This document shows positions 58,918 through 64,000 of a stretch of 64,000 bases of DNA, piece after piece. The notes beneath the pieces are model-generated. The model was not told where the DNA came from. It did no database searches and saw nothing but the letters and a program-made list of their open reading frames with translations. The stretch comes from Candidatus Poribacteria bacterium. GTDB taxonomy: Bacteria; Poribacteria; WGA-4E; PCPOR2b. Both the position numbers and the translations under genes were made by a program. Every line of letters starts with the position of its first letter. Positions within the stretch are counted from its first letter, which is position 1. Location of the stretch: NCBI GenBank assembly GCA_965198175.1, contig OZ240245.1, forward strand, positions 1,248,001-1,312,000, in the 5' to 3' direction.

Positions 58918-61596
58918 CTAATTCGTTGGGCCATCCGCCTGAACCGAATTGGGGCATAGCTCCATAATGGACATGTGCTCCTTGGCGGGATCGAACTGCT
59001 CTAAGCTCGTAAAGGTTGTCACGGCGTTCGGGAAAAGTCTCTCTGCCATTGTGCGAAGGAGACGAGCATTTATCCAATCCACAGCAGAACCCTCATACTT
59101 GGCTGGTCCCTTGAATCCACTTCGATAGAGAGGACGCCCGGTCTTACCAGACACACGCGGAGGAACATGGTGATAGTGCGAAATCTCCTTCACCAGCAGG
59201 TCAATAATCTCTAGTACCCCCTGCGGGTGGAGCAGTTGAAGAATCTGTAATCCGCCTTCAATCGCGCGATTGGAAAGGTGAATCCATACATTATGGGGAT
59301 ACTCCGCCAAAATTTCCTGCAGGACTTTCCCTTGGTCCGGAATTTCTGGAGTCTCAATGAAACGCAGGTCCACCAAAGATGGGATGGCAACGTAGCGTTC
59401 CTCTAGCTTGAATCCATTCCAGAGGTCCGACCAGAAGTGATAGAACTGACGGTCCCCTTCCTCCGGGCCAAGCTTATTCCGAAAATCCAACTGATAGTGA
59501 GTCAGAAACTCCTTCACTTCCGCATCACGCTTTGAAAGTTCCTGGAGGTCTGCTGTCAATACCTGTCGATTCAGATTATACTTTTCCACTAATGCCTCTA
59601 ATATTTCTACTGGTAGATAGAGGCGAGCCTCAATGTGATAGTGATGTCCGTCTATCTGTGCTACTTTATCCGTCGGAACGTTATCTGTAACGTTGGTTGA
59701 ATGAACTCGCAGGATACGGCCGGCATAGGGGCTCAGTATCTGCAAAGGAGCTTCAGCGTGTAGGAGCAGATACGCAAGTTGTATCCCGTTCCGCACCTTT
59801 CCCAATTCTGCTTCTGCTTCTGAGAGCACCGATTTTGAAAAATCAGCCAGAACATACCTCATCTGCTTCAACAACCGCTCGATTCCTTGTGAACGCGCTA
59901 GTTCGCCCAACATTTCAATAAAGATGCGAGCACGTTCCACACTGGCAATACCAATCTCCACGTAGACGTACTCATCTCCGGTATCGCCGATTACTTCAAG
60001 TTGATTCAAGAATTTCTCAGCGCTGTAGCGAGTCAACGCCTCATTCATATCCGGCGATCCGTGTATGGAATCGCGATAGTCCCGATTATGCGCCGCCATG
60101 AAGGGGGTTTTATTTTGCCAGAAGGCATCATTGAATTGCCAGACAAGACTCCTAGTATAGGGCACATATTCGCCAATTACCACACCGTTGGCGCTCTCTG
60201 TCTCTCCGTGCGCCACCTGTTCTAACATCCTTCGGATTGTTTTTGCTAATGCTTCTGTCGATGGGTGCTGGCGCAGATCGATCGCCAGTTCCCATTCCCT
60301 TGTGGGGATGACCTCATCCGCTACTTTCTTCACAAAGGGACGAAATGCGATGGGAGCTCGAAAATGGTGCTTGTAAGTAATCCGGTTCCAGTAAGTTCTA
60401 AAACGGCCCGGCCGCCATTCAGCTGGCAGTTCCCCTAACGTATTTTTCAGGGCTTCCAATGCATCGCCAAACTCCTCGACGTAACCTGGATCGACGAGCC
60501 CCGGCTCGTGGACGACTACTGCGCCCATCCCTTGCAAACGTGGGATGAGTTGTTCAATATCTTCCCGAGCCCGATCCGCTGGTGCCAGTTTCGCTCCCTC
60601 AAGAATCTTCTCAATGTCGCGCGAAGCCTGAATTGGCATGAGATGTATCCCGGCAACATCGGGAAGTTCACAAACTTTCTGTATGAGTTCGACAGTCCAA
60701 TTCCCACGGAATGTGCGGAAAGCTTCTTTGCCAGCTGCTTCCGCCTCCTTAAATTGTTCGAGGAGGGCGTGTGCCCCCGGATTCCGTTGGCTGATGCCGA
60801 CCAGCAAGAACCAGAAGCGAAGCGCCTTTACCGAGGCGATTATTGGCAGCCCCACCACTATTGGGATCTGTTGTGTTAATCCGCGTTCAAGCGCCAGATG
60901 CCACCATTTGGCAAATAGCTCCCAGAGCAGGGGCGGCTGAGTCAGAATCGCTTCAGCCTTAGCGTCTAGCTTTCGTTGCAACCGATCTACCCTAGATGTA
61001 ACAGATCTACCCGCAAAGGGATTTTCCACCGCCCAAATCGATAAATCGGGCGGAAGCTGGCCCGCGCTACGCATACGGTGGAGGAGTGATAGTATCCTGA
61101 AGGAGTTCATCGGTAGAATCTGTGATACTCCAGGAACCTTTCGGATAGGGTGACCGCCTGAAACTACTAGAATGCCCTTTGCTCCACTGTCGATAGCGCG
61201 GGTTATTCGATTGACCACTGTTTTGCGTTTCCGAGCGTTGGCTGCAATCGTGAAGATTGGTTCTGGGGTATCTCCCAGAACCGTCAGATTATCCACTTTC
61301 CCAGCAAAGCGAGGAAAATCCACGACAGTAATTGCGTCTACCCATCCCTTCCGCACTAGACGCTGATAGCGCTTCAACTGCTTCTGGAAGTTTGGGTCAT
61401 CGAGTACTTTTGGCGGTTGGAGTTCCACCGTAATCACGAACTGACCTTCTGCGAGGCGGCGCACTGCTGGCAGTGCCGTAAAATGAAGCATCTCTGTTGA
61501 GCAATTCTCGTCGGCAGCCAGCCTCTGGGATGATGCTGTCGGTGCGGAAGGTGCCATTTCTACTCCTTCTACGGGGGGATTCATGTCATTCTGCAC
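58918..61596 (-). CDS. Fusion protein: MTHFR (MetF)-like barrel plus class I SAM-dependent methyltransferase-like domain
   Basis: N-half FVITVELQPPK, VDAITVVD, AVENP, LQRKLDAKAEAILTQP, GIHLM; C-half YVEIGIAS, YVLADFS, HSTNVTDNVP, LLHPQG.LE. Confidence 0.72.
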   Translation of the reverse strand: MQNDMNPPVEGVEMAPSAPTASSQRLAADENCSTEMLHFTALPAVRRLAEGQFVITVELQPPKVLDDPNFQKQLKRYQRLVRKGWVDAITVVDFPRFAGKVDNLTVLGDTPEPIFTIAANARKRKTVVNRITRAIDSGAKGILVVSGGHPIRKVPGVSQILPMNSFRILSLLHRMRSAGQLPPDLSIWAVENPFAGRSVTSRVDRLQRKLDAKAEAILTQPPLLWELFAKWWHLALERGLTQQIPIVVGLPIIASVKALRFWFLLVGISQRNPGAHALLEQFKEAEAAGKEAFRTFRGNWTVELIQKVCELPDVAGIHLMPIQASRDIEKILEGAKLAPADRAREDIEQLIPRLQGMGAVVVHEPGLVDPGYVEEFGDALEALKNTLGELPAEWRPGRFRTYWNRITYKHHFRAPIAFRPFVKKVADEVIPTREWELAIDLRQHPSTEALAKTIRRMLEQVAHGETESANGVVIGEYVPYTRSLVWQFNDAFWQNKTPFMAAHNRDYRDSIHGSPDMNEALTRYSAEKFLNQLEVIGDTGDEYVYVEIGIASVERARIFIEMLGELARSQGIERLLKQMRYVLADFSKSVLSEAEAELGKVRNGIQLAYLLLHAEAPLQILSPYAGRILRVHSTNVTDNVPTDKVAQIDGHHYHIEARLYLPVEILEALVEKYNLNRQVLTADLQELSKRDAEVKEFLTHYQLDFRNKLGPEEGDRQFYHFWSDLWNGFKLEERYVAIPSLVDLRFIETPEIPDQGKVLQEILAEYPHNVWIHLSNRAIEGGLQILQLLHPQGVLEIIDLLVKEISHYHHVPPRVSGKTGRPLYRSGFKGPAKYEGSAVDWINARLLRTMAERLFPNAVTTFTSLEQFDPAKEHMSIMELCPNSVQADGPTN

Positions 61597-61826
61597 TATT
61601 CGTTCTCCCTTTGTTTATGTAGGGGTACCAATGAGCCTGTTCCGATTTTTCGGTTTCAACAGCTCTCGCACGAATATCTGACATTCAATGTACCACTATT
61701 ACCGCTGATGTCAGGTTTGGGTTGAGATCATCATCCTAAAGGGCCATCGTCGGGCTTCTGTTTTTGCATCCATCTCTGAATTAAGAATAAACAGCATTAT
61801 CAAGCAAATTTGGTGTCCCATGCAAT

Positions 61827-63485
61827 TCACTCGAACGTCCGGTAATTCAGAAACGTCTTTCCATTTGCTTCGATTTCCACGCATGGAAGCGTTTCCGTTC
61901 GTACATGTCTGCCGCCATCGTCCAGAAAGGAGAGTGTGACGTTGTGTGTTCCCGCGGGAAGTGACATTCGCACGAGAAATATCTGGTTCGGAAGTGTTTC
62001 CCAGGAGCGGGTGTCCGCACGCTCCGTGGCGACGTTGAAAAAATTGACGAGGTTGCCAAGGAGATCCCCCTTCTTTTTTGCGCGGCGAAAGGCAAGGTAT
62101 TTCAAAATCGCGCGCACCACCGTTCGGAGTAGAATCGTCTCCTGCTCGGAAGCGAACGTTGCAAACGCAGCACCCTCAACATCTTCGACCAGCACACCAT
62201 AAGCCTGAATGTCCGTTGCCCCCGATTCGAGATTGGGGATCTCATGAAGTTCACCTTGAACCCCGACTTTATCGAGTCCTGTTCTGCTAGCATCCTGGTG
62301 GAACCGGGATTCGCTTTGAGTCTCAGTTTTATCGGACATAGATTGATTGGATACGGGCTCAATTTCTAATTTGACTCCCATCAATCGGGGGCGATTCGAT
62401 ATATAGACCGGAATTTCCACCCGCAACAGATATTCGAGTTTTACTTTCTCATAACGGAGGTTGCGACGTCGCACGACTGTATCCGCAAATTCCCATATTT
62501 CCTCCTCGTTTTCTTCCTCCCTCCCTTCTTCACTTACCATCGGGTCTGTCTTGAAGATGGGAAAGAAGAGGTTTTCCTTGGTTTTAGGAGGGACAAAGCC
62601 GTTTTCGTAGATGAAAATGAGTTCACCAAAACTGGAAGGAGACGGAGGAGATTGTCCATAAAGTTCCGTGTAGCGCTCCGCATCTTCATTGAATCCCAAC
62701 AGCCGTGCGAGCCGAACAAGCGCATATCCGATGTCTTCAGGGAGTGAAACGCCAAGCTGTTCCGCGTAACGCTGATACCCTGCTTCCGCCCATTGATAGG
62801 CAATATACGCGTTATTCCAGTCCTCTGCCCATTCATAGAGGATCCCCGAAAGATAGGCGACGAATGCTGCACCTGCAAAATTGTAGGCGGCATCTTCATC
62901 GGCGTAGTATTGGAGAAGCTGCCCTGCGCGCCGACATTCCACTAAGGCATCGTCTGGAAGATTCAGATAGACGTAGTTAAGGGCGCGGTAATAGTGGATA
63001 AGCAGCCTTTCGTAGCGTGTGCCTGGATATGGACGGACTGCATCTGAGGTCAGAAGCGATGCAATCTCCCGGGAGATGCTTTTCGTGTAAAAATCTTCAG
63101 CGATTATCTCCGCGCGCTCAAATACCTGATTACTTTCCTCAAAGCGATTTGCGTAGTGGGCGATGAGACCTCGCTCAAATAGATAGGGGAGATTTCTTTT
63201 GTTTGAATTTTCTTCATCAAGATGCGCTAATGCGGTCTCAAATTCTCCTCGTTCAATTGCGAGGCGTACTTCGTGCATGCTGTAACTGCTGCATCCGATT
63301 AGGACTGGCAGAATAAGCGAAAAGCCCACTCTCCATTTGAAAAGTTGTCTATATAAGTGTGTCGTCAACAGACGATAGAGAAAAGGTCTATTTTGGCGGG
63401 GTTTAACCGACAATTGTAACGATAGAAACAAGGTGCCAATTCGCCGGCTTAAAGGGGCTGTGTGGGGAGAGAATTGCGTCGGCAT
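61827..63485 (-). CDS. COG3014-type TPR lipoprotein (true start probably downstream)
   Basis: Lipobox LIGC; Y.G..YE.....YY.ALNY, ALVECRR, ENGFVP.K, ERADTRSWETLP; adjacent to lpoB. Confidence 0.78.
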   Translation of the reverse strand: MPTQFSPHTAPLSRRIGTLFLSLQLSVKPRQNRPFLYRLLTTHLYRQLFKWRVGFSLILPVLIGCSSYSMHEVRLAIERGEFETALAHLDEENSNKRNLPYLFERGLIAHYANRFEESNQVFERAEIIAEDFYTKSISREIASLLTSDAVRPYPGTRYERLLIHYYRALNYVYLNLPDDALVECRRAGQLLQYYADEDAAYNFAGAAFVAYLSGILYEWAEDWNNAYIAYQWAEAGYQRYAEQLGVSLPEDIGYALVRLARLLGFNEDAERYTELYGQSPPSPSSFGELIFIYENGFVPPKTKENLFFPIFKTDPMVSEEGREEENEEEIWEFADTVVRRRNLRYEKVKLEYLLRVEIPVYISNRPRLMGVKLEIEPVSNQSMSDKTETQSESRFHQDASRTGLDKVGVQGELHEIPNLESGATDIQAYGVLVEDVEGAAFATFASEQETILLRTVVRAILKYLAFRRAKKKGDLLGNLVNFFNVATERADTRSWETLPNQIFLVRMSLPAGTHNVTLSFLDDGGRHVRTETLPCVEIEANGKTFLNYRTFE

Positions 63486-63488
63486 GCA

Positions 63489-64000
63489 CTAGAAGACAGC
63501 CTTCTTACGTTCGATAAGTTTCTTAATTTTCTTCTGCCCCAACCAAACCTTCTCGTTTGTCTCGATATTCGTGAGATTCAGATCCGCTTGGTAATAGGTG
63601 ACCTGTCTCCCACCCTCTCGATCCTGGATGGTGTTGATTTCGCCGGTCATCATGTAGTCTGCTCCCTGCTCACGCCCCATCCCCTTGATAGTTTCGACAC
63701 TTGAGAACTCACTCTGATCTTCCTTTTCGGCGCGAAGTTCACCCCGTTCTTCTGCACTAGCGACGACGGCAACTCGACCCGAATTGATAAAAGCACGTTC
63801 AATATCGTTGATAAATGTATTAATCGCGATGTGTTCCATGCTCTTGTTACGAATCGCCCCAACGATGACGATAGGCTTCACGCCTCTGGAGTGGGTCATG
63901 TGATTCGTGATCCATGGGTGATTCAGGCAGTCCAGAATTATCGCTTCGGAAACCTCACGGGAATCCGTATCGTTCCATCGCCCTGATAGGTCAATCGTGG
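63489..64000 (-). CDS. lpoB: Penicillin-binding protein activator LpoB-family lipoprotein (5' end outside window)
   Basis: Frame open to the window edge: TIDLSGRWNDTDSR...IRNKSMEHI...GADYMMTGEI...YYQADL.L.NIETNEKVW. Confidence 0.82.
   Translation of the reverse strand, partial: TIDLSGRWNDTDSREVSEAIILDCLNHPWITNHMTHSRGVKPIVIVGAIRNKSMEHIAINTFINDIERAFINSGRVAVVASAEERGELRAEKEDQSEFSSVETIKGMGREQGADYMMTGEINTIQDREGGRQVTYYQADLNLTNIETNEKVWLGQKKIKKLIERKKAVF

Noticed and set aside
1..64000. CRISPR array, rRNA, tRNA or prophage
   Set aside because: No regularly spaced direct repeats, cas genes, rRNA/tRNA folds or phage structural genes recognised

Overview
A 64-kb bacterial chromosomal window, most likely from Candidatus Poribacteria. 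This is inferred from LamG proteins ending in AVxP..LA..W..[LV]K, two PhyH-family dioxygenases, a DUF6785-type membrane protein and a FlgD-tailed C25 peptidase. Left to right it holds: two LamG genes; a carbohydrate/acid-sugar catabolic block (PhyH, an unclassified GH-like protein, GH2, SDR, PhyH, dgoD-like dehydratase, membrane protein); a MazG-NUDIX pair; ggt and an Nma111/Deg7-like protease; an orphan prpD; an M23 peptidase cut off from its probable promoter by an intact IS5-family element; a 2091-aa gingipain/PorU-like C25 protein followed by a MoxR relic; an orphan potC-like permease; argJ-argB; SppA fused to an N-terminal outer-membrane-barrel-like domain; pcm; a variable island (TPR protein, two 22-aa-repeat paralogues, EVE-like protein) ending at a REPIN-like element; DUF58, trmJ-like, M14 peptidase and a double YibE/F protein; a truncated dcw cluster (murD-ftsW-murG-murC-ftsQ-ftsA with no adjacent ftsZ); an unusual MTHFR-like/SAM-methyltransferase-like fusion; and COG3014-lpoB lipoproteins. 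The strongest leads are (1) the degenerate MTHFR-barrel/methyltransferase fusion and (2) a possible T9SS-related surface sorting system made of the C-terminal W-x-x-[LV]-K tag, the PorU-like C25 peptidase and the PorV-like barrel fused to SppA. No rRNA, tRNA or CRISPR array was found. All assignments come from motif recognition by eye; no searches were run.
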